Shown one piece after another: positions 24,389 to 32,000 of a stretch of DNA of 32,000 nucleotides. The stretch comes from Candidatus Methanoperedens sp. (lineage in GTDB: Archaea > Halobacteriota > Methanosarcinia > Methanosarcinales > Methanoperedenaceae): the NCBI GenBank assembly GCA_027460535.1, contig JAPZAR010000011.1, forward strand, positions 120,001 through 152,000, read 5' to 3'. Numbering within the stretch: position 1 is the first letter of the stretch; every line of letters starts with the position of its first letter. The notes beneath the pieces are model-generated. The model was given only the letters and a program-made list of their open reading frames with translations. It had not been told where the DNA came from and did no database searches. The position numbers were made by a program, and so were the translations under genes.

Positions 24389-24715
24389 AACATGAGTTAA
24401 TTAAACATTATTGTTTAAATTAGTTACTATATCATATAATAATGCATAAATAAGATTAACGTCTTAAATACTCTCATGACAACTGTGACAGTTTCAATTA
24501 AGGGGACGGATATATCCCAAAAAAATTAAGGGAGATGACAGAAAGCTCATGGTTTTTCAGAAAAACAAAAAAAACAATCATGTAGCTGAGCAGAAGGGAG
24601 AACCCTCAGAACTATTCGTCAGCGCCTCACCGAATGCCGTTGATAAAGCCTTAAAAGCCTCCCATGACATTGATGAGGCAAAGCTCAATAGAACTGTTGC
24701 ATAATTCGTGAAAAT

Positions 24716-25432
24716 ATGCCCCTCACCTTCCGCATCGTCCTCGTTGAACCCCTCCACAGCGGTAACGTGGGTTCAGTAGCCCGCGTGATGAAGAACTTCG
24801 GCTTTTGCGAGCTTGTTCTGTTAAATCCCTGCGAGCTTGATAATCCTGCCCGCTGGATGGCTGTGCATGCTTATGATATAATCGAGAAGGCAAGGATCGA
24901 ATTTTCTCTGAAAGATGCAGTAGCTGGCTCAAATGTTATCGTGGGAATGACGGGACTTCCCGGCAAAACCGATAATAAACACATGAGAATTCCCGCGATT
25001 TCTCCTCGTAAGCTCAAAGAAAAACTCACGGGCAAGAATGGGGTCATTTCGCTGCTTTTTGGAAGGGAGGATGACGGGCTCCACAACGATGAGCTGGAAC
25101 TATGCGACCTGATCGTGAATATCCCGACAAGCCCGGATTATCCAAGCATGAACCTGTCCCATGCCGTTTCTGTCGTCCTGTACGAATTGAGCGATGTGCA
25201 GGGCGGGAAAGATTACCTTGCAGACCATGTTGATATTGAGCTCTTATACGAACATATCGAGGATATGCTTCTGGACATCGAATATAAAGAACATAAGAAA
25301 GGAAAAACCAACCTTATGCTGCAGAGAATTCTGGGGCGGGCCGAGCTGACCGGGCGCGAGGTCCAGACCCTGCGCGGGGTGCTGCGCCGCATACAGTGGA
25401 AATTGAAAGGAAATAGCGATGTTGAAATATAG
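24716..25432 (+). CDS. trmJ: SPOUT-class RNA 2'-O-methyltransferase, TrmJ-like (TrmH family group 1)
   Basis: In the 238-aa product, FRIVLVEPLHSGNVGSVARVMKNFGF..LVLLNP is the TrmJ/LasT N-terminal signature. The later blocks LLFGREDDGL and IPTSPDYPSMNLSHAVSVVLYE form the SPOUT knot. Confidence 0.8.
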   Translation: MPLTFRIVLVEPLHSGNVGSVARVMKNFGFCELVLLNPCELDNPARWMAVHAYDIIEKARIEFSLKDAVAGSNVIVGMTGLPGKTDNKHMRIPAISPRKLKEKLTGKNGVISLLFGREDDGLHNDELELCDLIVNIPTSPDYPSMNLSHAVSVVLYELSDVQGGKDYLADHVDIELLYEHIEDMLLDIEYKEHKKGKTNLMLQRILGRAELTGREVQTLRGVLRRIQWKLKGNSDVEI

Positions 25433-25611
25433 TCAAAAATCCATTTTTGATTATGTTCCATGGTAGTTAGGTTTTTAAGTTTTAAAGTATGGTATTGACG
25501 GAGTCTATGGAAAATCCCATTAAACTAATACTCGCCTGCTCATTCGGCCCGAAACCCAGGATCGCAGAAAGCCAGATGATCAATCCTTCGGAACTCAAAG
25601 GGGATCTCAAA

Positions 25612-27012
25612 ATGGCTGAGTTCATCCCGTATTTCATTGTGGCATCCATCGAAGTAGGGAACACGACCACGAAATGCATCCTCACAGCAACAAACATGAA
25701 AGAAGGGCGGACCCGGATTTTAAACAAAACCGTCAAAATGACGCGTGATGTCAGGAAGCCCAAACCAAACGAACGGATCTTCGGCACAACGTTGAGCGGT
25801 GTGTCCCTGACAAAGGAATCTATTGCTGAACTCGTTCGAGACACGCTCCTGGAAGCACACGATGCTGTCAATCTTGATATCAGGACAGACCTTGATTTTG
25901 CAGTGAGGTCGACAGGGGTGGTTGCGGGTTTCTCATCCCCCCATGAAGTTGGAGAGTTCATAAAGGCGCTCGCGGATGGCTGCCTTCTTGCTGGCATCCC
26001 GCCAAAAAAGATGGTTCCTGCCATGTCCATAGACAACATACCCGCAAAATTCAAAGACCATACGCTCATTGATAAGATCGTATTTACGGGTGCTGTGGGA
26101 GGGGTTCTCCCACCGGTAGGCTCCACGGGGGTTGAAATCGTGGCGAACGAGATGGAAGGTGAACTCTCAACAGCAGGTATCAAAGAAGGTGCAAAATGGG
26201 CCGGTATAGATTTCAGGAATCCTGTTTTCTCGATGGACTTTGGAACGACGCTGAAAGGCCGCATCACCAACGACGAGATCCCATACGCCATGACCATTGC
26301 CAACCTCTGCGGCTACGCGGGAGCCATCCCTGACGCCGTGATCAAAGGCACGGGTCTGGTGGATAAAAGATACGGGGCGGCACTCGACCTGTTTCACGAT
26401 AATAAAGAGGTCATGATCTGGCTTTCAAAAAGCAGAGTTATTCAGAAATATGCCTCGATGATCAATTCCCTGATAACCATCGATCTAGTTCCCCTGGCGA
26501 GGGACAGGTATGGAAGCGTCCCGGTTGATCCGGCAGCGGCAAAGAATATCGGAGTCACCCTTATCGGATGTGATGTTGGAGTGAACGGAAGTCTTATGCC
26601 CGATCTTTCAGATATTGGAGCTGAGATATTTTCAAAGCACGGTTTAAAGACAATGTTCGCCACACTCGATCTTGTTTCAGCGATGATGGTTGAGCGCCTT
26701 GTAAGGCTGGGTATTGATAATAAACTTATTTCCGAGAAAACATCGATAGGCTTGACGGGCAGGGCGGCCATAACCGGCTGCAAACCTTATCTGATATTGA
26801 GATGTGTCGAAAAGCTCGGGATTTTTAAAGATGCGAGAGAACATGTTGTATTCGTGGACGACGGGCTTGCCCGGGGGGCGGCTGTGATGGCACGATGCAT
26901 GAACTCGATGGGCGTGCCCGGGAACCCCATAGGTGGGATAAGGGGCGGCGGATGCGTTCTCAGCAAGCGTATAGAATATTATAAAAAATCGAAAGAGGTG
27001 AATACTGTATGA
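25612..27012 (+). CDS. Methanogenesis-marker-14-like protein (actin/ASKHA-like N-terminal phosphate loop), function unknown
   Basis: The ORF is open from 25489. I favour ATG 25612 (MAEFIPYFIVASIEVGNTTTKCIL), preceded by AGGGGA. The IEVGNTTTK motif, the size and the two downstream methanogen-type small genes match my memory of the marker-14 family. This is unverified. Confidence 0.55.
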   Translation: MAEFIPYFIVASIEVGNTTTKCILTATNMKEGRTRILNKTVKMTRDVRKPKPNERIFGTTLSGVSLTKESIAELVRDTLLEAHDAVNLDIRTDLDFAVRSTGVVAGFSSPHEVGEFIKALADGCLLAGIPPKKMVPAMSIDNIPAKFKDHTLIDKIVFTGAVGGVLPPVGSTGVEIVANEMEGELSTAGIKEGAKWAGIDFRNPVFSMDFGTTLKGRITNDEIPYAMTIANLCGYAGAIPDAVIKGTGLVDKRYGAALDLFHDNKEVMIWLSKSRVIQKYASMINSLITIDLVPLARDRYGSVPVDPAAAKNIGVTLIGCDVGVNGSLMPDLSDIGAEIFSKHGLKTMFATLDLVSAMMVERLVRLGIDNKLISEKTSIGLTGRAAITGCKPYLILRCVEKLGIFKDAREHVVFVDDGLARGAAVMARCMNSMGVPGNPIGGIRGGGCVLSKRIEYYKKSKEVNTV

Positions 27013-27461
27013 AAGCGCTTTTATTGATGGGATGCCCGGAGCTTCCCGTCCAGACCTCTTCGGCATTGTATATCGCAAATAAATTGAACCTGGAAGGTTT
27101 CGAGGTGACCATCGCCGGGAATAAGGCCGCGATCAGCCTGCTTTTGAACTCTGACCCTGAAAAACATTATGTCAGGAAGGTTATGGACATTGACAAATGC
27201 ATTGGCGCCCTTGCTGAAAAGAAAATGGATTTCGACCTGTGTTTTGTGTTCATTCACAGCGACAGCGGTATTTCATATCTGGCAACGGTCAAATCCCTGT
27301 CAAAAGGTAAAACCGTTGCCGTGATTTTCGGAAAAGAGATAGAGCCGCTCATCGAGGCAAGCGGGGATTCCATAATCATTGCTGCAAAGGCCGTGCATAA
27401 TCCTATGCCGCTGCGCATTCAAATAGACGGGGTGAGGTCTTGGGCTGCATTGACGAGATGA
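27009..27461 (+). CDS. Small conserved methanogen-type protein (DUF1890-like)
   Basis: The 150-aa product reads MKALLLMGCPELPVQTSSALYIANKLNLEGFEVTIAGN. It has an ATGA overlap with the upstream gene. The DUF name is from memory. Confidence 0.5.
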   Translation: MKALLLMGCPELPVQTSSALYIANKLNLEGFEVTIAGNKAAISLLLNSDPEKHYVRKVMDIDKCIGALAEKKMDFDLCFVFIHSDSGISYLATVKSLSKGKTVAVIFGKEIEPLIEASGDSIIIAAKAVHNPMPLRIQIDGVRSWAALTR

Positions 27462-27712
27462 ATTATGAGATACTGCTGCCCAATAGCTCCTTCAAGGAAT
27501 GCGCTGAGTACATAAAGAAGAATTTCAAGGAGATATATTATGTCGAAGCGGGTTTCAAGATTTTCGAAAATTATTTGATCGGGGTTCCGCCGATTCCGAT
27601 TGCTGTTGACGGTGAGGATATTATTATGCCATATGTCAAGCCCTGCCACGGGTGTTTCGTGCTCAGGATTCCGGGGAAGGAAGAAGTGGAGAGGATGAGG
27701 AAGGGGAAGTAA
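27458..27712 (+). CDS. Small conserved methanogen-type protein (DUF1894-like)
   Basis: The 84-aa ORF starts at ATG 27458 (MNYEILLPNSSFKECAEYIKKNF...) with an ATGA overlap with the upstream stop. The DUF name is from memory. Confidence 0.45.
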   Translation: MNYEILLPNSSFKECAEYIKKNFKEIYYVEAGFKIFENYLIGVPPIPIAVDGEDIIMPYVKPCHGCFVLRIPGKEEVERMRKGK

Positions 27713-27810
27713 GAGTGAAGGAACCAGGAGATAAGCATTTTCGGATACAGTTCGGCATGGTGCGAAGCAGCTGATAACTTTATATATCACCTGATACAAA
27801 ATTATATCAC

Positions 27811-28335
27811 ATGCTACAAGAATATACCACCTATCGCGTCATCACGCTATTTTTCGACCAGCCCACAAGGCACTTTCAGCTCAGGGAGATTTCGAGGATG
27901 CTCAAGCTCGGAATGCCCTCGGTGATAAACCACGTAAAAAAACTTGAAAAAGAGGGCTTAATCAATAAAGAGAAAAGAGGGGTCTATGAGAGTTATGTTT
28001 CGGGAAAAAATGACCTGTTCAGGATTTACAGGAGAAACGACATCTTGTTCAGATTGTTTGAATCCGGGCTGGTTGATTATCTCGCGGAAGAATTCATGCC
28101 CGACACAATAGTGCTTTTCGGTTCGTGCGCCAGGGGTGAGGATATAGAAACAAGCGACGTGGACCTGCTGGTGGTTGCAAAAGAAAAAGAAATCGAGCTA
28201 AAAAAATTCGAATCTGTGCTCAAAAGGAAGATATCTCTCCACTTCGAAGAAAACGTTTCGCAAATTCCGAAAGAATTATTAAACAATATAGTCAATGGCG
28301 TAGTGGTCTATGGTTATCTTACGGTGTTTCAATGA
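27811..28335 (+). CDS. wHTH-fused minimal nucleotidyltransferase (MNT, antitoxin-like)
   Basis: The 174-aa product has an N-terminal winged-helix-like segment (FQLREISRMLKLGMPSVINHVKKLEKEGLI). The NTase motif LFGSCARGEDIETSDVDLLVV (GSxxRGE..SDxDL) follows. Confidence 0.8.
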   Translation: MLQEYTTYRVITLFFDQPTRHFQLREISRMLKLGMPSVINHVKKLEKEGLINKEKRGVYESYVSGKNDLFRIYRRNDILFRLFESGLVDYLAEEFMPDTIVLFGSCARGEDIETSDVDLLVVAKEKEIELKKFESVLKRKISLHFEENVSQIPKELLNNIVNGVVVYGYLTVFQ

Positions 28336-28760
28336 TATCGTGGAAGGAATCGCAGGAAGAGGTTAGAAAAATCAAGCCTGACAGGCAGATGGCTTCAGCA
28401 ATACTTCGCATGATCGAAGTCAGGATGCAAGCGCTGGAAGAGCTAAAAGGCAGGCGCGAGTTCGCCTCCCTCGTCGTGGAGGATTATTATGAAATAATAA
28501 AGGAAGCGCTGACGGCTCTAATGGCAATAGACGGTTATAAAACGCTGAGCCACGAGGTGCTGATAGCATATCTGAAGGAATTCTATCCCCGGTTTTCAGA
28601 TGCGGAAATCTTGCTTGCGGATAATCTAAGGCAGACGAGAAACAAAATCGCATACAGAGGGTTTTTCGTTTCCCCTGACTTTGTTGAAAGAAACGATGCA
28701 AAAATGAGGGAACTTGCACTGAAAACAATAACTGTTCTGAAAGAAAAATTAGAAAAATAA
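28332..28760 (+). CDS. HEPN-like protein paired with the MNT (toxin-like; catalytic motif atypical)
   Basis: The 142-aa all-helical-looking protein has an ATGA overlap with the MNT gene. The position expected for Rx4-6H reads LRQTRNKIAYRG, i.e. R-N-K-I-A-Y with Tyr where His is expected. Confidence 0.55.
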   Translation: MISWKESQEEVRKIKPDRQMASAILRMIEVRMQALEELKGRREFASLVVEDYYEIIKEALTALMAIDGYKTLSHEVLIAYLKEFYPRFSDAEILLADNLRQTRNKIAYRGFFVSPDFVERNDAKMRELALKTITVLKEKLEK

Positions 28761-28809
28761 ATCTAATGCAGTAATCTCTGCTTCGGCAAAAAATTTCCTG
28801 CATCAACCA

Positions 28810-29061
28810 TCATGCCCGCTCGGAGGACTCTATGGGCTTTCTCAGTTCGTCAACGTTTTTGAAAGAAAGAAATTTCCCTTTTTTTTCTATTTCCTGAAGC
28901 CTTTTGACGTATTCAGGGCGAAGTTCATGAATGTCCCCGCTTATCGCCTCCACTTCCTCCTCAATTATGCTCACATTTTGCTTGATAAAAGAGAGGTCGC
29001 TTTGTATCTGCTTTAAAACATTAATTTCCACTGTTTCGCCATGCATTTCTTCTGTTTCCAT
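28810..29061 (-). CDS. Small acidic coiled-coil protein, unknown function
   Basis: This 83-aa ORF has a TATA-like TATTTAAATAAT about 25 nt upstream of its ATG, suggesting a leaderless transcript. No family is recognised. Confidence 0.45.
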   Translation of the reverse strand: METEEMHGETVEINVLKQIQSDLSFIKQNVSIIEEEVEAISGDIHELRPEYVKRLQEIEKKGKFLSFKNVDELRKPIESSERA

Positions 29062-29196
29062 AGGTTCAACATAACTTATGCATGATTATTTAAATAGATG
29101 TAGCAGGAGGGCAGGCGCACAGAGGCTGTGTATAATTCCTCTCAGTAAGCCTCATCTTTCGTCAGCAGTTTCAAACTCTATGCAGTTACGTCACTT

Positions 29197-29415
29197 TTAT
29201 TTAAAACCCAATGAACTCCAATCGAAACCAATGGAACTTAACGCAAGGTAGATAACCACAATTACGACTATAATTGTAATCAAATAATAAAAAACCATTC
29301 CTGGTATTAACTTTGATGGTTTATACAGGTCATCATGTTGAGACGGAGAAAACAAAGCATCATGAATCATTTTCAATATTTTAATACCATCAGATTCTTT
29401 TTTTTCGTCTGTCAT
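29197..29415 (-). CDS. Small single-pass membrane protein, unknown function
   Basis: The 72-aa product has one strong TM helix (MVFYYLITIIVVIVVIYLAL). It lies in AT-rich DNA. Confidence 0.4.
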   Translation of the reverse strand: MTDEKKESDGIKILKMIHDALFSPSQHDDLYKPSKLIPGMVFYYLITIIVVIVVIYLALSSIGFDWSSLGFK

Positions 29416-29481
29416 ATTCTTAATACACTATTTGCTAACCCACTTATTTAATCGCACACAAGAACAGCAGAAAATCAGATT

Positions 29482-29697
29482 TTAAAATGGAAGCCAACCC
29501 GCGCCATCGCATTTGGGATGATGCTTGCAGACCCAGTTACCACTTATTGGATCCCACTTTATTTCTTTTTCCTTATAGGTGTCACCACAATGTTTACAAC
29601 GAACATGCTTTTCTGATTCTAAATCTGGATGAAAAGGAGGTATTGTTCCATCTTTACGCGATTTCATATCCTCAGATTGCTTACTTCCAGGTATCAT
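29482..29697 (-). CDS. Small Cys/His-rich (zinc-ribbon-like) protein, unknown function
   Basis: The 71-aa ORF starts at ATG 29697; the track's start at 29745 is a TTG. Metal-ligand pairs are CKHC and CKHHPKC, 20 aa apart. Confidence 0.45.
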   Translation of the reverse strand: MIPGSKQSEDMKSRKDGTIPPFHPDLESEKHVRCKHCGDTYKEKEIKWDPISGNWVCKHHPKCDGAGWLPF

Positions 29698-30210
29698 AAT
29701 ACCCAAAAGATTATTTTTCAACCTTAAAAACATTAGTACACGCAAGAACCTTGTATATACGAGCGCAAGCCGTATTAAAAATAAGCCGCAATATGGGGTA
29801 AGTGTTTAGCTTCCTATGCGTTAAAAAATATGAGTCTTGCACCCTTACAGTAATCAATTTCCAGGCCTGTCACTTGATCGCCATCAAACTGCGATTATCT
29901 CAAAGAACGAATGAAAGAAGAAGATTTAGTGATGGATTTGATAAAAATATAAAGCTCAATTTTCCCCATTTGTGAACCATTAACTATATCAAAAATTATA
30001 GAATAATGAGTATAATAATTAATAGATGCATATCATGAAAAATATGGAATGTAATCAGTTCGTCTAAAAATCGGCAGGTGCCAGATAGCTTCTTATGGTG
30101 AGGACTCCTTGAGTTACAAGGAGTTTGTAGTGTCAAAAATCAATGTAAAAATCAAGGAAAGGCTCATATATGATTAATGCCCTTTTTCATAAAAAAACCG
30201 GGGTGATTTC

Positions 30211-31698
30211 ATGAAAACAACGAAATCGTTGTGTCCTGAATGCCTTTCTGTGATCGACGCCACAATATTCGAAGAGCATGGAAAAATGATGCTCGAAAAA
30301 ACATGCAGCAAGCATGGTTCCTTTAAAGATATTTACTGGTCTGATCCTGAACAGTTCAAAAGGTTTGACCAATACTGGCATGATGGGACCGGAGTTGAAA
30401 ACCCGAACGTATCCATCGATGGAAATTGCCCCAAATCATGCGGGTTATGCCCTTCCCACAAAACAACCACCATCCTGGCAAATATAGATGTCACCAACAG
30501 ATGCAACCAGACCTGCCCCGTATGCTTCGCGAATGCCGAAGCCGCAGGTTATCTGTACGAACCCTCGCTGGAGCAGATAAGGGCAATGATGCAGATGCTC
30601 CGGAATGAGAAACCAGTTCCATGCCCTGCCATCCAGTTCGCAGGAGGCGAACCGACGGTACGCGAGGACATAGTCCAGATAGTAAAGATGGCAACGGAAT
30701 TCAAATTCACACAGGTGCAGATGGCAACTAATGGCATTAAAATTGCCAAAAGCCTGAAATTTTGCCAGGATTTAATGGCTGCAGGCTTGCACACGGTCTA
30801 TCTGCAATTTGACGGTGTAACCGAAGAGCCGTACAAGATCAACCGGGGGTTCAATGCCCTCCAGATCAAGCTCAAAGCCATAGAGAACTGCAGGGCTGCA
30901 GGCCTGAACAGTGTTTCCCTTGTACCCACGCTTGCAAAAGGTGTGAACGATATGCAGGTAGGGGATATAATACGATTTGCGGTCAAGAACGTGGATACCG
31001 TCAAAGGCGTCAATTTCCAGCCCATTTCGTTCGCGGGCAGGATAAATATGAAAGAGAGGATGGAAAAGAGGATAACAATACCTGATCTCTTCAAGCTTAT
31101 CGAAGAACAGACAGACGGGGCCATCGTAGCAAAGGACTTTTATCCCGTTCCTTTCGTTGTGCCGATCTCGCATTTTACTACTGCCCAGGGGGGAATCCCC
31201 AATATAGAGTTCACCGTGCATCCTCACTGCGGCACAGGAACATACATCTATGTCGAGAATGGAAAAATGATACCGATTACACGCTTTATTGATGTGGAAG
31301 GGCTTATTGAACATGTCGAAGAGCTTGCTAATACCGGAGATAACTGGACGGGCAAATCCATCGGCAATATAAAAAGGATGGGCAGTCTGATCTCTGCGCT
31401 GCCTAAGTACATCGACCTGGCGAAAGCCCCGAAGTCAGTGGATGTGAAAAAGCTTTTTGTTGATGTCCTGAAAGAGGGAACGGGGGACGCTATCAAGGAA
31501 TTCCATCGCCACACGCTCTTTTTAGGGGCCATGCATTTCATGGACCTGTATAACATGGATCTTGAAAGAGTAAAACGATGCGGCGTCCACTACGCTACCC
31601 CCGATGGCAGGGTCATCCCGTTCTGCACTTATAACACGATACACAGGGTTGAGGTCGAACGGAAGTTCGCTGTGCCGCTTTTAAGGGCAAGGGTTTAG
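30211..31698 (+). CDS. tes: Radical SAM tetraether lipid synthase family (Tes / GDGT-MAS-like)
   Basis: The 495-aa product has an N-terminal rubredoxin-like CPEC...CSKH. An auxiliary motif CPKSCGLC follows. The radical SAM motif is NRCNQTCPVC (CxxxCxxC), and the SAM-binding-like block is IQFAGGEPT. Architecture and length match the Tes/GDGT-MAS family as I remember it. Confidence 0.7.
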   Translation: MKTTKSLCPECLSVIDATIFEEHGKMMLEKTCSKHGSFKDIYWSDPEQFKRFDQYWHDGTGVENPNVSIDGNCPKSCGLCPSHKTTTILANIDVTNRCNQTCPVCFANAEAAGYLYEPSLEQIRAMMQMLRNEKPVPCPAIQFAGGEPTVREDIVQIVKMATEFKFTQVQMATNGIKIAKSLKFCQDLMAAGLHTVYLQFDGVTEEPYKINRGFNALQIKLKAIENCRAAGLNSVSLVPTLAKGVNDMQVGDIIRFAVKNVDTVKGVNFQPISFAGRINMKERMEKRITIPDLFKLIEEQTDGAIVAKDFYPVPFVVPISHFTTAQGGIPNIEFTVHPHCGTGTYIYVENGKMIPITRFIDVEGLIEHVEELANTGDNWTGKSIGNIKRMGSLISALPKYIDLAKAPKSVDVKKLFVDVLKEGTGDAIKEFHRHTLFLGAMHFMDLYNMDLERVKRCGVHYATPDGRVIPFCTYNTIHRVEVERKFAVPLLRARV

Positions 31699-31709
31699 AA
31701 ATTGGCGAA

Positions 31710-32000
31710 ATGAAAAGCGCCTCTGGGGAACCGCTCTATCTCTCTAGATATTTTGACGTAATTAGCGATAAACTTCCTTCGCAGTTCATTATCTCCGGGT
31801 CGGTTAAGATTGATTTCAAAAGGGATGCTCCCCTTTCCGAACTCTGGGAATTGCATGACAAAGCGATGATGTCTTATCGCGAGAGATTTGATGAGACCTT
31901 CTCATTGGCCGGACTCGTGCGGGCCCAGCCCTCGCTGCTTGACCTGAAATCCGCCATCGCAGATAGGATCCTTGAGAGCTGCCTTTTCTGCGAGAGGCGG
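31710..32000 (+). CDS. 5' part of a gene (3' end outside window), possibly a PflX/COG1313-type radical SAM activase-like protein
   Basis: ATG 31710 lies 11 nt after the tes stop, and the frame is open to the window end (97 codons). The fragment ends ...SLLDLKSAIADRILESCLFCERR. This resembles the Cys pair that precedes the radical SAM core in PflX-like proteins. The CxxxCxxC motif itself would lie beyond the window and is not seen. Confidence 0.4.
   Translation, partial: MKSASGEPLYLSRYFDVISDKLPSQFIISGSVKIDFKRDAPLSELWELHDKAMMSYRERFDETFSLAGLVRAQPSLLDLKSAIADRILESCLFCERR

Noticed and set aside
25489-25611. 41-codon upstream extension of the marker-14-like ORF
   Set aside because: The extension (MVLTESMENPIKLILACSFGPKPRIAES...) precedes the conserved-looking MAEFIPYFIVASIEVGNTTTK start, which has an AGGGGA upstream. 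This is not excluded, only disfavoured.
25482-26303. 273-aa ORF on the minus strand
   Set aside because: It is entirely antisense to the marker-14-like gene. It has a low-complexity S/P/T/A-rich translation and no motifs. This is a typical shadow ORF of a moderately GC-rich coding region.
30772-31314. 180-aa minus-strand ORF
   Set aside because: It is antisense to the Tes-like gene and is a shadow ORF.
1-32000. Scan for CRISPR arrays, rRNA/tRNA genes, IS elements, integrases, reverse transcriptases and in-frame UAG (pyrrolysine) genes
   Set aside because: Reading both strands showed no regularly spaced repeats, no tRNA-like sequences, no transposase or integrase-like ORFs, and no interrupted methyltransferase-type ORFs. 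Absence is based on visual inspection only, so a covariance-model scan would be the proper check.

Overview
The gene content of this 32 kb archaeal chromosomal segment points to a Methanosarcinales-type methanogen or ANME. This lineage call is an inference from content only. Supporting genes are CdhD/CdhE of the acetyl-CoA decarbonylase/synthase complex, a putative methanogenesis-marker-14 cluster, a Cys-rich (Fe-S type) ThiI, a putative MptD, an archaeosortase with archaetidylserine synthase and decarboxylase, and a Tes/GDGT-MAS-like radical SAM enzyme. About 40 tightly packed genes are present, many joined by ATGA or TAATG overlaps. Most are housekeeping: thiI, argB, ABCE1, engB, U32, ftsZ-family, cdhDE, argH and a trmJ-like gene. 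I found no rRNA, tRNA, CRISPR array, transposase or integrase. The parts worth a second look fall into six groups. (1) Three visibly AT-rich islets (about 2.45-3.35 kb, 23.36-24.6 kb and 28.8-30.2 kb; G+C judged by eye, not computed) carry orphan genes. One is a J-domain protein cassette bracketed by a palindromic direct repeat. (2) Two toxin-antitoxin-like modules are present: HicB with a decayed HicA stub abutting a DNPH1-like gene, and a wHTH-MNT/HEPN-like pair. (3) A six-gene overlapping operon links an unassigned Asp-motif membrane protein and a short GGR-like flavoprotein to archaeosortase-PssD-PssA. A PGF-CTERM surface protein is encoded 11.8 kb upstream. (4) An uncharacterised methanogen-type trio (marker-14-like, DUF1890-like, DUF1894-like) is translationally coupled. 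(5) A Tes-like tetraether synthase gene is followed 11 nt later by another probable Fe-S enzyme gene. (6) A nucleoside 2-deoxyribosyltransferase-family gene is disrupted by an internal frameshifting deletion. All functional names come from my reading of motifs in the translations. No database search was run.
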